This document shows, piece after piece, positions 50,319-61,446 of a stretch of 64,000 nt of DNA (position 1 is the first letter of the stretch; the number at the start of each line of letters is the position of its first letter). Location: the NCBI GenBank assembly GCA_051546255.1, contig CP128817.1, forward strand, positions 1,426,001 through 1,490,000, in the 5' to 3' direction. The notes beneath the pieces are model-generated. The model searched no databases. It was not told the origin of the DNA and saw only the letters and a list, made by a program, of their open reading frames with translations. Origin of the DNA: Meyerozyma guilliermondii. Taxonomy: Eukaryota. The translations under genes were made by a program, and so were the position numbers.

Positions 50319-51188
50319 TCAGGAAGTGACATCTTCTTGATAGTATTTTTGCAACCTTTTATAAGGACTTTTGAGGAAGAAGTCCTTCAATATCTTGCGT
50401 TCGATGATCCAGCGCGGAGTATACGACGCAAGAAACAGATGCCAAGAAGACTCACTTCCCCTATAACTAACAATATAGTTTGGGCTAGTCTGCTTGAAAG
50501 CTTTCTCGATGTCGTCACATGTACGTGAAGCATATTTTGGTGCACTTAAGCGTACCCCCTGTCCAGTTGGTCGAGTTGCGAGAATGTCCTCGTCTTCAAT
50601 TCTATACCAAGAATTTGAGGCCAAAGTTTTGTCATCGCCGATTTCAGTTGCAACACCACCTGTAATCACATTGAGTACACGGACACCAAACGGAATCATC
50701 TCCATTGCAAGCGTGCTTGCGTATGAGTGAATTGCACCTTTCGTAGCTGCATAAATGCTCAGGAAAGGAAAGGGATTTAAGCCAGCAGTAGAGCCTGTGA
50801 AAGCAATCACTCCCCTGGATTTAATAACTAGTGGTGCTAACTCTCTTATCAAACGAATGGGGCCGTACACATTGATTTGGAAACACTTTTGGAACTTTTC
50901 ATCGTCAACTTCAACTGCTGGCGAAAAACATTGAATACCAGCGTTGTTGAAAAGAAGATCCAACTTTCCTCCAGTATTTTCAGATATAAATTCTACAGCT
51001 CGTTCAATGCTCTCAAGTGATCCTACGTCTAATTCAAAAGTGGTGATGCCCAAGTCTTCCAATGGCTTCATGCGCGAGAGTCTTCGTGCACCAGCAAAGA
51101 CGCGGTATCCACGTTCAGCAAGCTCAATCGCCAAGGCATAACCAATGCCCGAGGAAGCTCCCGTCACCAAAGCACTTTTGGTAGCCAT
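50319..51188 (-). CDS. Short-chain dehydrogenase, Ayr1-like (1-acyl-DHAP reductase family)
   Basis: ALVTGASSGIG, GKLD.LFNNAG, YAATK..IHSY...L..E..PFGVRV..V.TGGV.T; ortholog versus paralog of AYR1 not resolved. Confidence 0.8.
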   Translation of the reverse strand: MATKSALVTGASSGIGYALAIELAERGYRVFAGARRLSRMKPLEDLGITTFELDVGSLESIERAVEFISENTGGKLDLLFNNAGIQCFSPAVEVDDEKFQKCFQINVYGPIRLIRELAPLVIKSRGVIAFTGSTAGLNPFPFLSIYAATKGAIHSYASTLAMEMIPFGVRVLNVITGGVATEIGDDKTLASNSWYRIEDEDILATRPTGQGVRLSAPKYASRTCDDIEKAFKQTSPNYIVSYRGSESSWHLFLASYTPRWIIERKILKDFFLKSPYKRLQKYYQEDVTS

Positions 51189-51239
51189 TGGCAATCATAT
51201 TCCTCTTTATCTAACATTTATAGTCATAACGTTTCAAAT

Positions 51240-52102
51240 GGTGGGGGCGGGGTAACGGAATGATCGTAGAAATCGGGTAAATCGGACAATCGAATATATA
51301 GCAGATGCATTATATATAAGAGTTGGGGGTGTCTAAATACGAGAACGTGCATATTTCGAGATCCCCTACCTCTGGTGCAACTTGTATACAATGGTTCCCT
51401 TGCTGCACCCGCCAGAAAAGCTGAGAATGTTGGGGTTGCAAGGGAGAACAATTGACAATTCAATACCTGGTGCACCTTCAAACCAATACAATATCCTATG
51501 TTAACCTTCAACCTTTCTGGTGTAAGATATCGAGTGGCAGCTCCTGTGTGGTGGGGTAAGATTTTTTAGGTGGGGGCGGGGTAAATATTTTGATGGGGGG
51601 GGCGGGGAACAAAGTTGCAAATTACGACCATCTTCACTGCAATGCATATATACGATATAAGTTAAATCTTAAATTAAAGTATATTGATTATATAGCAGAT
51701 CATAAAGATGAGTAGCTAAAAAATACGGTGTTGTACCAGCTACAGTACTCATTTCATGAGCAGTGTGGTGAGGAATCATAGTGATATATCGGTGACCCCG
51801 GTAAAAACGGAGTGGAGCTCGAGGACGCCGATTGCCAAGAATTGGGCCATTCGTTGTTCGACTCTGATGACTAAATACATTAGATAGGTTAAAAGTTGTG
51901 GGCTACAAATTACCAAGTATTCTCTGGTTTGCAACTCTTTTCCTTTTCCATATCTAGTACTGATTATTCCCGCCTTTGTCCACCGATGCTCGCTCCTCCA
52001 TTCATATTCGCAGCCGTCCTCATTAGCACTTCTTTACGAGGCATTACTGGATACTTATATGTTCAGCTTCCCCACACAATAGGCCCATTCCCCGCCCCCA
52101 CC
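51240..52102. repeat. Dispersed GGTGGGGGCGGGG motif (3 exact copies plus a variant); double Mig1-type GC box
   Basis: GGTGGGGGCGGGGTAA at 51240 and 51569, a variant at ~51595, and an inverted copy at 52090-52102. Confidence 0.75.
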
Positions 52103-52351
52103 ATGAAAATTGATGGAGGATATCTGATGATTTACGGGGTACATTTAGAGTGGAGAAATGATATGCAGCCGTGTGCATGCGGACTCCACCATTCCTGTCT
52201 CTTTTGTACACTATGTTGGGGAAGGAGGGTACGGCGGGTTCATATTATCTGCAAAAATGCACGTCAAAGTTCGCAGTCTATTCCAGGAAGAGAGCAGAAC
52301 ACGAGTACACGAGTGTCGTTGAGTGCAATTGAATGTCTGTAGTTTGTAAAT

Positions 52352-53055
52352 TCACGATAGTTTACGTTCATAGTCTAGAAACTTCTTCATATCCTCAAAA
52401 AACTTGTTGTGCTCACGTAGACCTTCTTACTCGAAGGAGGTCTACTGGAGAGAATTCGCCAAGTCCACAAAATTGATTCAAGGTGTTCGTTACTCCCAGA
52501 ATGTTTGACTTGGTAACCATCAAACCCACCCTTCTAATTAAAAGCTGCAATTTTGCGGCTTTCTCGTATCGGCCAACTTTGTGTAGCTGGTACAACTTCA
52601 CCATGGACTTCGGGATGCTGAGACAATGTGCAAGTGTTGGGGTAGTTATTGATCATTGGGGAGAGCACTTGCACTTCAACAGTATAGAAATAGTTGACAA
52701 TACCTTTTCGTGAAACCAGTTTGTTTTTAAAATAGCCTGGCACCAACACAATGAGGAAGTCAGCCCGCACTATCAGTCGCAAGCTGAGACTCATCAATTG
52801 TATCCATAGCACTCGCCGGAGGAATGCCTGCGATCAATTTGAAACTTTTGTCGGGATGGCTTTCCAATCGACTTCAAGTCTGGCATCTTTTGATTCACCC
52901 ATAGATCCCAAAACAACCAGCGCAGTTATACCAGATTCCTTTGATATTTTCGCAACCTGTAGAGTGCCAAACCCACTGCCAATTTCGGCTCTAATAAAAG
53001 GTAGGAATGGGGGTTAGATGCCCTCAGGCACTGATGGTGCAGAATGGATTGTCAT
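52352..53055 (-). pseudogene. Degenerate DHDPS/NAL-family aldolase
   Basis: Fragments across frames: PEGI*-PIPTF, SGITALVVLGSMGE, FKLIAG, ADFLIVLVPGYF, NYP, MVKLYQL...AAKLQ and C-terminal ..LDYERKLS*. Multiple frameshifts and stops; the central catalytic-Lys region appears deleted. Confidence 0.8.
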
Positions 53056-53438
53056 GGCTGTGAATTGGTATGAAGTCAATGGCTTTTGAGAAGATTAAAC
53101 TGGCAAGTCTTTTACTTGTCTCAAAGAGGATTAACGCAGTTATGGTCCAGTGATTCTTAAAGGCCCATCATCACGCAGTAACGACTCCGCACCAGTATCA
53201 CTTCCACTGATTATCCGGCCGCGCTCGTAACCAAAGCATAAACTTGGTGGGGGAGTGCGATGAGGAGTATGAAATTGTGGGGTGGGCTTCACTTGAATAC
53301 AAAACGTTTGCAACTGGTCGCAATGCTTAAATAGAGGCACCTCAGATCAAATTTTGTATCTTTGGACTTTCGTTAAGAGTTACAGATCTTAATAAGTCAC
53401 AAATTTACAACGGAAAACTTTATCCTGTTGCTGCAAGT

Positions 53439-55037
53439 ATGACGATAGTCGTTGCTGAAAAGAGTGGAACCAAGATTGAAGATGTGTTGCCAGTATTGCA
53501 GAAGCCCTGGTGGCGGTATTCACATCTCTTGCGTTTGAATTTCCATCTCCTTGGTTCTATTTTTGTCTTGGTGAACTCGGGTTTCGATTCTACCATGATG
53601 AACAATTTGCAAACACTTCCCAGCTGGACTAATTTCTTTAACAACCCTAGTGGTGGAACTCTTGGTACCATGAACATAGGCATTCCCGCTGGATCTTTGT
53701 GCTGTATTCCTTTTGCTTTCATTATCAACGATCTTATTGGTAGAAGAATGACGGTCTTGCTCGGTTTGGCCTTTACTATTATTGGCGGTGCTCTTCAGAC
53801 AGCAGCTCAGAACTTTGGTATGTTTGTCGCCTCCAGATTCATTCTTGGATTTGGCGTGGGATTGTCCTCTGCTGGTGCTGGCCCCATTTTGTCCGAGACT
53901 GCTTACCCAACCCAGAGACCTGCCGTAACCAGTTTCCTTCTTGCTTCTTTCCCCTTGGGTTCATTTGTTGCTGCCGTTGTTACTTGGGGCCCATACAATT
54001 CGAGCATGAAGTACAACAACTGGTCTTGGAGATTGCCATCTCTTTTACAGATAGTGTTTCCGATTTTCTCGGTCGTCGCAGTTGCCCTTGGACCGGAATC
54101 ACCTCGTTGGCTAATCTCAAAGGGTCGGGAAGACAAAGCATTGCAAGTTTTAGTCAAGCACCATGGAGCGGGAGACCTCCAAAGTCCACTTGTGAAGTTT
54201 GAACTCTCTGAGATCAAGGCGGCAATTGAACTCGAAAAGGCCCAAGGTGGAAATAAGTGGAAGGAATGGGTGCGTACCAAATCGAATATGCATAGACTTT
54301 TCATTAATTTGGCACTTCCCGCCATGATGCAATTCTGTGGAAATGCATTGATCTCCTACTACTTGAACATCATTCTAAACAACATCGGTTACACTGAAAC
54401 TACCGAAAAGCTCAAGATCAATATTGGTCTCACTCTCTATGGACTCGCGTGGAGTTACGGAGTTTCCATTCTTTGTGGTCGCTTCAAGAGAACTGGCTTA
54501 TTGATCACTTCCTATGCACTGATGTCCTTCTTTTTTATTATCTGGATTGTGTTATCAGCCATCAATCAGCAGAGAGATTTCAAGGATAAGGCTATAGGTA
54601 GGGCAATTGTGGCTATGATCTACTTGTATCAGGGATGCTACCATATTTCCACTCCAATTGCCATGACATACATTATGGAGATATTGCCGTTTAGTTTAAG
54701 AGGTATGGGTGCTGCCTTGTATCAGTTGAGTGGTAACACGGCATCACTCTTCAACAACTATGTCAACAATATTGCCATGGATGCGATTCAATGGAAATAC
54801 TATATTGTATGGTGTGTGTGGTTGCTTGTTCAGATCGCAATTGTCTACTTCTTCTTCCCAGAAACGTATGGATTACAATTGGAAGAAATTGCTCAGGTCT
54901 TTGGCGACGACGTTACCTACATTATGGCTGCTAGTTCGAAAGCTGTGGGGGACGGAGACGGCTACTTGGAAAGTTCTTCTACCAAAGAAAACGTTAGTGC
55001 AATTGAAAACACAGGACCAAAGAAGTCTCCAGTTTAG
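53439..55037 (+). CDS. MFS sugar porter, lactose/cellodextrin permease (Lac12/CDT-like) subfamily
   Basis: GFD..MMN.LQ.LP.W, D.IGRR, SE.AYPTQR, WSWRLPSLLQ, PESPRWL.SKGR, QF.GN.LISYYL, EILPFSLR and FFFPET.G..LEEI..VF; Mig1-type AAATTGTGGGG at 53272. Confidence 0.9.
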   Translation: MTIVVAEKSGTKIEDVLPVLQKPWWRYSHLLRLNFHLLGSIFVLVNSGFDSTMMNNLQTLPSWTNFFNNPSGGTLGTMNIGIPAGSLCCIPFAFIINDLIGRRMTVLLGLAFTIIGGALQTAAQNFGMFVASRFILGFGVGLSSAGAGPILSETAYPTQRPAVTSFLLASFPLGSFVAAVVTWGPYNSSMKYNNWSWRLPSLLQIVFPIFSVVAVALGPESPRWLISKGREDKALQVLVKHHGAGDLQSPLVKFELSEIKAAIELEKAQGGNKWKEWVRTKSNMHRLFINLALPAMMQFCGNALISYYLNIILNNIGYTETTEKLKINIGLTLYGLAWSYGVSILCGRFKRTGLLITSYALMSFFFIIWIVLSAINQQRDFKDKAIGRAIVAMIYLYQGCYHISTPIAMTYIMEILPFSLRGMGAALYQLSGNTASLFNNYVNNIAMDAIQWKYYIVWCVWLLVQIAIVYFFFPETYGLQLEEIAQVFGDDVTYIMAASSKAVGDGDGYLESSSTKENVSAIENTGPKKSPV

Positions 55038-55395
55038 TTTCACAGCGGGTCTATTTTTGCGTATAGTTTTCTAACTTTAACTTGATTATGTCAGAATCGG
55101 TAGAATTTCAATTGTATGCGCCGAAGTTTCATCTGCAAAATGAAAAAAACCTCGTGACCAGCACCCGGTGTGCATACGCGCCGACGCCAAACTCACTCCG
55201 CTCTTCTATTTTTCTTTAGTTTAATCATTCAACTGTGGAAACTACCCCATATACTGCAATTTCAGGGCAACGCTCTTTAAGCTGACTATTATTGTTTCAA
55301 CGTTGAAGGTTACTCATAACACCAATTTTGTTTAAATTATTTCGTCTCATTTTTGACTTGAACACCGCCTCCGACACAATAAACTCCGATATAAA

Positions 55396-57138
55396 ATGGG
55401 GATTTTGGACAATTTAAAGTCTTTCGTTCACTCCATTACCACCGACGACCACTACGCGTCGTACGGGTCCCGCTATGGAAACGTGGGTAATACTAACGAC
55501 GGTTCCAATGCTCGCCTCAATGAGGTCCATCGGTTGGCGACTGCAAATTCATCGGTACAATCGCTTGTAGAAGGTGCTGGTGGCTCCAGAATAGGGTCGC
55601 GTAACGGCAGCTCTGCCAATGTCAACACCGTGGGTTATAGGCCCGGAATGCGGTCATCTCGCACCAACTTGAACGGTTCGGATGTTCAGCTTCAAAACTT
55701 TGACGCGTCGGGCCAGCCTCCATTACCCTCTATCGACTCTTTGTGGGCTCGTATCGAGGCGTGGTTGGAGGAAGAGTACCCTGAACTTGAGGACAATTTG
55801 AATGACGGGGTTACCTCTGCCGATCTCAACGAATTCGAAAACGACTTGGGCTGTGGCTCGCTTTCCGTAGAGTTTAGACAGTTCTACAAAAAGCACGATG
55901 GCCAACTCCGAGGCGGTAAGCCAACAGGCTTGCTCTTGGGAATGCCATTGCTTGACTTGGAGTCCATTCTCGAAGAGCATTTGATTTGGACAAAGGTGGC
56001 GGAGAGAATTGAAAAACAACAACAACTTGTTCTGCGGTTGCAAAGGACTGATGTCGACCTGGAAGCAACCAGTTCGTCTAGTGCTGCTGCCAATGTGCAA
56101 CACCTCAACAACTTTGTTTCCAATCAAAGATCTATTCCCACGAACGCTATTCAGACGTGCTATTCTCATCGATGTTGGGTACCCATAACCAAGGACAACT
56201 GTGGCAACCAAGTTGCAATTGATCTTGCCCCAGGTCCAGCAGGTACCTATGGACAAATAATATTGTTTGGGCGTGATTACGATACAAAGATCGTGGTCGC
56301 TTCCAGTTTCCATGAGTTTATTTTCAACTTTGTCAATGATTTAGAGCAAGGAAATTTCCAAATAGATCAAACGGAAGATCAGGACCAATATGGGTATTTG
56401 GAGCCATCGAGAAACGACGATGATTTTATGATTGGTGACGAAGATGAAGATCAAGGTGAATTGAAGTTCTACGATAGAGATGGCAAAGAATTCGGAAAGG
56501 CATTCCAAGGTCGCAATAAGCTTCCCTACATTACCGTGTTAAAGATCAGAGCATTACGCAGGTTTGGTGTGAGCAACAGCCAGAACTTTAACACGTTATT
56601 CACACCTTCACGTATCCCCAAGAAACCGGCTGCTCCAAGCGGTACCGGGACGTCGAGACCTCAAAGTCCATTTGTTGCAGGAAATGATGCGAAGGAAAGT
56701 CTCATCAACATGCAAAGCTCAAGCAAGGTTGCATTACCAAAAGAAACTTTGATAGATGAGAACACCCCGGAATTCAAGGTGTCGGGCTCTGATGAAATAC
56801 TGGAACCCAAAGAAACTGTGGTTGACCCGGTTCCAGAAACCGTTCAAGAGCCCACCAAACAAGCTGAAGAAGATAACGAAGAGCAAGAACAAGATGCTGT
56901 ACCAGCCGAACAGGTCAAGACTGAGGCTGAAGAACAAGAACAAGCCGCTGAACCAGCCGAACAAGCTGAAACTGAGGCTGAAGAACCCAAGACTGAAGAA
57001 GCCGAAGAGCATGCTGAGGCTGACGGTGAGAAGCCCTTGACCAAGTCACAAAAGAAGAACCAGAAGAAGAAGAACAAAAAGCAAAACAAAGACGGCATAG
57101 CAGAGGTGTCCAGTGACTTGAAAGATGTTGCTTTGTAA
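55396..57138 (+). CDS. SMI1: Smi1/Knr4 cell-wall synthesis regulator
   Basis: TTDDHYAS, W.EEEYPEL.D.L..G.T..DLNE.E..L, HDGQ.RGG.PTGL and D..GN..A.DLAPGP.G..GQIILFGRDYDTK; acidic repeat tail. Confidence 0.95.
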   Translation: MGILDNLKSFVHSITTDDHYASYGSRYGNVGNTNDGSNARLNEVHRLATANSSVQSLVEGAGGSRIGSRNGSSANVNTVGYRPGMRSSRTNLNGSDVQLQNFDASGQPPLPSIDSLWARIEAWLEEEYPELEDNLNDGVTSADLNEFENDLGCGSLSVEFRQFYKKHDGQLRGGKPTGLLLGMPLLDLESILEEHLIWTKVAERIEKQQQLVLRLQRTDVDLEATSSSSAAANVQHLNNFVSNQRSIPTNAIQTCYSHRCWVPITKDNCGNQVAIDLAPGPAGTYGQIILFGRDYDTKIVVASSFHEFIFNFVNDLEQGNFQIDQTEDQDQYGYLEPSRNDDDFMIGDEDEDQGELKFYDRDGKEFGKAFQGRNKLPYITVLKIRALRRFGVSNSQNFNTLFTPSRIPKKPAAPSGTGTSRPQSPFVAGNDAKESLINMQSSSKVALPKETLIDENTPEFKVSGSDEILEPKETVVDPVPETVQEPTKQAEEDNEEQEQDAVPAEQVKTEAEEQEQAAEPAEQAETEAEEPKTEEAEEHAEADGEKPLTKSQKKNQKKKNKKQNKDGIAEVSSDLKDVAL

Positions 57139-57230
57139 GAGTTGACGTGGGTAGCTAGTTCATGATTGTAGTATGAATGAAAATTTAGGATTTGTCGCGA
57201 ACTTCAGATCGAATAGTAAACATTATTTGA

Positions 57231-58226
57231 ATGGCACAACGGCCCCAGTGGAACGACCTGGAAGGTCAATCATCTGACCTCAACGCGCTTGCCGCGTCCA
57301 CACTGCATTTTCTTGAACTACAAAGTCACATTTCACGAGATGAGCTCGTAGGGTCAGTTTCTGGAAACCATGAAGGTAGTCAATACGACGATCAAAACGG
57401 AGAAAGTCATGAAGGTTCCAATCCTGGTATGGTCAATGAAGAGCAGCCATCTTTGGAGCAGATCCAGCAGGTTTATTATAGCAAAGGTCTTGAAGAGCTC
57501 GAAAGTTTAAAGCTTCTTGATCTTACACCACTTGCCAACTGGAAACTCTCCTCCTTCAAGCCGGGATTTGGGCTTCCCCAGCTTCGGGCAGACACCCCAG
57601 AATCATACTGGCAGTCCGATGGGAGCAATGGAGTCAGCAACATTAACGCAGGAAACTCGGATCAATTGGTAGTTCCTCATTCCATCACCATACAATTTGC
57701 AAAAAGAGTATCGCTCGAACGGATTTCTATATTCACCAATTATTCTTTGGACGAATCGTACACACCGTCCAAGATACAGATTCTTGCTGGCAATTCTGAC
57801 GGGTGGGATCTCAGTGAGGTTTGCACCGTCAATTTCAATAAGCCAATTGGCTGGTCTCACATCATATTTAATCGCATTCGTCAAGATGGAGTACTCAAGT
57901 GTTTTGTCGTCAAATTGAAGGTTTTGGCCAACCACCAGGACGGCAAGGACTCGCATATTCGTGCCATACGATGTTTTGGCAAACGAAGTACCACTCATGG
58001 AAAAGTGGCTGCTACAGAAATTCCCTTTAGTTTGGGGTCTGGTGAGCTTTTACGGGAATTGAGCTTAAATAGTGCAGCGCTGGCGCTGGCTATGGAAGAG
58101 TCGTTGGACCAGGGAGTGAATTTTGACGACAACGAGACCTCGAGGATCATTAATAATGTGAACGAAGTGATTGGGTTCAATGGGTTTCAAAGTCTAGAGC
58201 TCAAAAGTGTGCTGTCGATCAGATAA
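57231..58226 (+). CDS. DOC1: APC/C subunit Apc10
   Basis: LA.WKLSSFK.G.G...LR.D....YWQSDG, DESYTPS.I, NHQ.GKD.HIR and a C-terminal IR tail. Confidence 0.93.
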   Translation: MAQRPQWNDLEGQSSDLNALAASTLHFLELQSHISRDELVGSVSGNHEGSQYDDQNGESHEGSNPGMVNEEQPSLEQIQQVYYSKGLEELESLKLLDLTPLANWKLSSFKPGFGLPQLRADTPESYWQSDGSNGVSNINAGNSDQLVVPHSITIQFAKRVSLERISIFTNYSLDESYTPSKIQILAGNSDGWDLSEVCTVNFNKPIGWSHIIFNRIRQDGVLKCFVVKLKVLANHQDGKDSHIRAIRCFGKRSTTHGKVAATEIPFSLGSGELLRELSLNSAALALAMEESLDQGVNFDDNETSRIINNVNEVIGFNGFQSLELKSVLSIR

Positions 58227-58252
58227 AAAAGTGTCTAGTATTTATATACATG

Positions 58253-59143
58253 TCACTGGATCTTCAAAGAAAAGTCAACGATCCCAGTGCCTTGGTGAAC
58301 AGACGACGTCGAGTAGATGTCTACGTCGTTACACAAGTAGGTGCTCAAGTTGGAGAGGGTCAAACCACCCGAACATTCCAACAAAAACGCCTTATTCGAA
58401 CCTTGATAACGCAGTTTCAAACTCTTCGCAACCTTCTGCAACTCTGGTCCTTGGAAATTATCCAACATGATGACATCTGCCCCGGCGTCAATGGCTTCTA
58501 TAGCATCTTTTTCACTGCTTACTTCCACCTCTACTTTCACGGCAAATCCACAAACCGACTTCGCTTTTTTCACAGCTTCTGTAATGTTGCCGGTAGACGT
58601 TATATGGTTGTCCTTAAGCATCACCATCGAGCTCAAATCGTAGCGGTGAGTGTCAATGCCTCCTACTAGCATTGAGTATTTTTCAAGCTGACGCAAACCA
58701 GGAGTGGTTTTCCGAGTTCCAGCAATAATGCCGGTGTATCCGCTCTTGTCTGCCAACTTCTTGGTAATATGGGACTGGGTGGCAATACCAGAGGCTCTCG
58801 CCATCAAATTGAGGGCCGTGCGCTCTGCAAGTAGAATATTATTGGCGGGTCCATGAACTGTAGCGACAACAATTTTACCCAGCGATTTCGACAATTGTTC
58901 ATCTGAAACGTAGTCACCCTCCTTAAAGTGCCACTCCACTTCAAGCTCACATTGCTTGAACACTTCAGCAGCAAAGGGAACTCCACAAATTACACCTTTT
59001 TGCTTCATGAAAAGCTTCGCCGTTTCGGGTTTGTCTCCTACTACAAATGCCCCAAAATCAAACGATGGTACATCTTCTCGAATATACTCTGTGATCTGCT
59101 GTTTCCAATGCCCGTTGGCGGGAAGAAGGTTCGAATAGGACAT
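58253..59143 (-). CDS. BNA6: Quinolinate phosphoribosyltransferase
   Basis: [51 protein letters not shown] and ECSGG. True ATG is 59143 (the upstream extension overlaps ECO1). Confidence 0.97.
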   Translation of the reverse strand: MSYSNLLPANGHWKQQITEYIREDVPSFDFGAFVVGDKPETAKLFMKQKGVICGVPFAAEVFKQCELEVEWHFKEGDYVSDEQLSKSLGKIVVATVHGPANNILLAERTALNLMARASGIATQSHITKKLADKSGYTGIIAGTRKTTPGLRQLEKYSMLVGGIDTHRYDLSSMVMLKDNHITSTGNITEAVKKAKSVCGFAVKVEVEVSSEKDAIEAIDAGADVIMLDNFQGPELQKVAKSLKLRYQGSNKAFLLECSGGLTLSNLSTYLCNDVDIYSTSSVHQGTGIVDFSLKIQ

Positions 59144-59279
59144 TTTAAGTGCTGGCGTGAAGTTTAGCGTTGAGTTCTCCACAGAATAATTTCCGGGGAA
59201 ATTCAGCGCGCGAAAACTGAAGTGATCTTCACCAACTAATTTACAAGCTGCTGAAAATGAATTTAATGTACATTGTATA

Positions 59280-60011
59280 ATGACGGCTCCTAAACACCCA
59301 GCTCGTAAAGTACAATCCACCTTCACTGCCAAGATACCTACAAAATGCAAACAGTGCCATATGTCATACTTTTCACATATCAAGAACGATGTGAATACCC
59401 ATAAAAAGTATCACACAAATTTCCTAGAAGGACCCTCGTGGCTGGCATCGTCTGCCTGTAAGACTCTCAAGTCTATTCAACTTCGAAAAGGGAGAAAAAA
59501 TACTTCGGTAACTTTAATTTCAGTGGACAAATCGGACTCCAATGACCACCTAAAACTGGTAATGAAAGTGGTTAATAATGAGCTCAATGCTGTAGCGGAG
59601 TTTGAACACTGGAAGTATACAAACACCGGTATTGAAGGGAAAGCGTATTTGGCAATTGCTGCTCGTAGAGTGGTCGGAGTATGTACAATTGAACCAATAG
59701 TCAATCCTGAATTGCAGTGTCGATGGATGGTTTTCAACACTCAAGAACTTGTTCCAGAGCAAACGAACAGCTCCATAAAAATTGGTATCTCACGGATCTG
59801 GGTGGCTCCCAACTGGCGACGGCTAGGCATTGCCCAAACGCTTTTGGATGCGGTTCGAGAGTACACTATCTACGGCGTTGTTCTTAACAAGCATGAACTA
59901 GGCTTTAGTCAACCCAGTTCGTCTGGAGGACTACTATCCAAATACTACAATGGTAAAATGCATAAAAGCGGCGAGTTTCTCATTCCCGTGTATCTAGAAT
60001 TGCCTCAATAA
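59280..60011 (+). CDS. ECO1: Cohesion establishment acetyltransferase Eco1/Ctf7
   Basis: PIP-like QSTF, C2H2 finger C..C.MSY......D...H..YH, VN.EL, GISRIWV....RR.GIA..LLD and FSQPS.SG; SCB-like CGCGAAA at 59209. Confidence 0.93.
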   Translation: MTAPKHPARKVQSTFTAKIPTKCKQCHMSYFSHIKNDVNTHKKYHTNFLEGPSWLASSACKTLKSIQLRKGRKNTSVTLISVDKSDSNDHLKLVMKVVNNELNAVAEFEHWKYTNTGIEGKAYLAIAARRVVGVCTIEPIVNPELQCRWMVFNTQELVPEQTNSSIKIGISRIWVAPNWRRLGIAQTLLDAVREYTIYGVVLNKHELGFSQPSSSGGLLSKYYNGKMHKSGEFLIPVYLELPQ

Positions 60012-60022
60012 GTTAATAGACA

Positions 60023-61162
60023 TCAGTTGCCAAATACCGTTTGGGACCCAGCAATATGAACAATTTTATTCACATACTCGTAGATGGAGCCCGTGAGCCC
60101 TCCACTGACAACTACCTTAAGCCCTCGGGGCAATGCACCTCTGAACATGGCTCGAGGACCCTGTTCCATGAATAATCTGTAGGCAGTGGAAAGTGAGTCT
60201 TTGGACAAAGTCTTGCCATTTTTCAGCTGGACGTGACTCTTTATGACATCAATTGGCTGCGTGACAGTTATAACGGCGGCAGAGGAGAGTAGATGGAGCC
60301 CCAACAGCTGCACAAATGTATGGTTATGGCCAAACCAGCCTTGCGAAGCAGAGTTGCTATGGGGATCTATAAGCTGTCTGGTGGCATTGTAAGAGGAAAG
60401 CCATACGGTGGAGACGGCCACCTGGCGCACTATAGTGATGAAAGAACCAGCAGTGAATCCAGTCAAGCCTTTGAGCTGGTATATCTCTTTAACTGTTCCG
60501 AAAAATGTCAGGGAAGGATGGTTGTTGAACGAGGTTTTCAAGATGTCTTTAGGAGTCGGGTGACGGGGTGAAGTAAATCTGCTCTGAGTACCACCCTTTA
60601 CCTGGGCCACAATATCGCATGTATAGTATGCATGAGGCGATAAGTAGGATTTTCCATAAACGAACTTCTGGCGGTGAGGATGTCCTCCGGTGACATTCAT
60701 TCCAGATTTGGCGGTTCGGGAGATTTCGTTGGTCAATAACATATTTTGGATCATGGCGATCTTGATATTCTCAAAGGGAATAATCCACAAAGATTCTAAA
60801 GTTCCACTCATAGCTCCAGCAATTACGATTCGTGGAGCCGTAGTTTTGCGGTGGTGATTTCCATGTCCATCCACTGAGTCTGTGGCCATAAATTTTGTCA
60901 GCCAGTTGTACGACACCAATCGAGCACAGCTCTTAACCACACTGCCCAAAACCAAGGCGCTACATCCTTTATAAACCTGAGCAATGCTGCTGGGGAAGTT
61001 GCCCGGAACATTGAATTTCTTCATCGTAACCTCGTTATTCAATTGCTGTTGGGTTTTGATACAGTCCAATGGATACGTGAGTGTGGAGGCTACGGCTGTA
61101 GACACACAGCCGGACATCAACGCAGTGGCAAGTGTATCTCCATTGGGGGTGGTGGTAGTCAT
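60023..61162 (-). CDS. Mitochondrial carrier family protein (YFR045W/Mrx20-like)
   Basis: Three carrier signatures (YPLDCIKT..Q, PFENIKI.MIQ, QPIDVIKS..Q); clustered with BNA6 and CNN1 as in S. cerevisiae. Confidence 0.8.
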   Translation of the reverse strand: MTTTTPNGDTLATALMSGCVSTAVASTLTYPLDCIKTQQQLNNEVTMKKFNVPGNFPSSIAQVYKGCSALVLGSVVKSCARLVSYNWLTKFMATDSVDGHGNHHRKTTAPRIVIAGAMSGTLESLWIIPFENIKIAMIQNMLLTNEISRTAKSGMNVTGGHPHRQKFVYGKSYLSPHAYYTCDIVAQVKGGTQSRFTSPRHPTPKDILKTSFNNHPSLTFFGTVKEIYQLKGLTGFTAGSFITIVRQVAVSTVWLSSYNATRQLIDPHSNSASQGWFGHNHTFVQLLGLHLLSSAAVITVTQPIDVIKSHVQLKNGKTLSKDSLSTAYRLFMEQGPRAMFRGALPRGLKVVVSGGLTGSIYEYVNKIVHIAGSQTVFGN

Positions 61163-61446
61163 AGTAGCAAAGAACTGTGCGCGCCAAAATGTAATGCGAA
61201 GTGAAATTTAAGATTAAAAACAGTGCGACTGAGGTGTTTACGAAAATAGTGGCATTGCGTGGCCTCGGACCGGAGAGGGTGTCTTGCTTGTATTCAATTT
61301 TTTAACTACCAATAGCTCTTATCGATATTCAGAAGTGAAGGTTTTTCTTGGCTTTCATTGTTTTACAGGTACTGGCTCTGTTCCATCCTCATCATTGATT
61401 ATCATTGATTCAATTCCTCAATTCTTCCACTTCCATTCCCTATTTC

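Noticed and set aside
51896..52342. 148-aa ORF in the accessory island
   Set aside because: Non-ATG start, no recognisable motifs, and it overlaps GC-box regulatory sequence.
59144..59383. 80-aa N-terminal extension of BNA6 in the ORF track
   Set aside because: Overlaps the ECO1 start and shared promoter; homology starts at MSYSNLLP.
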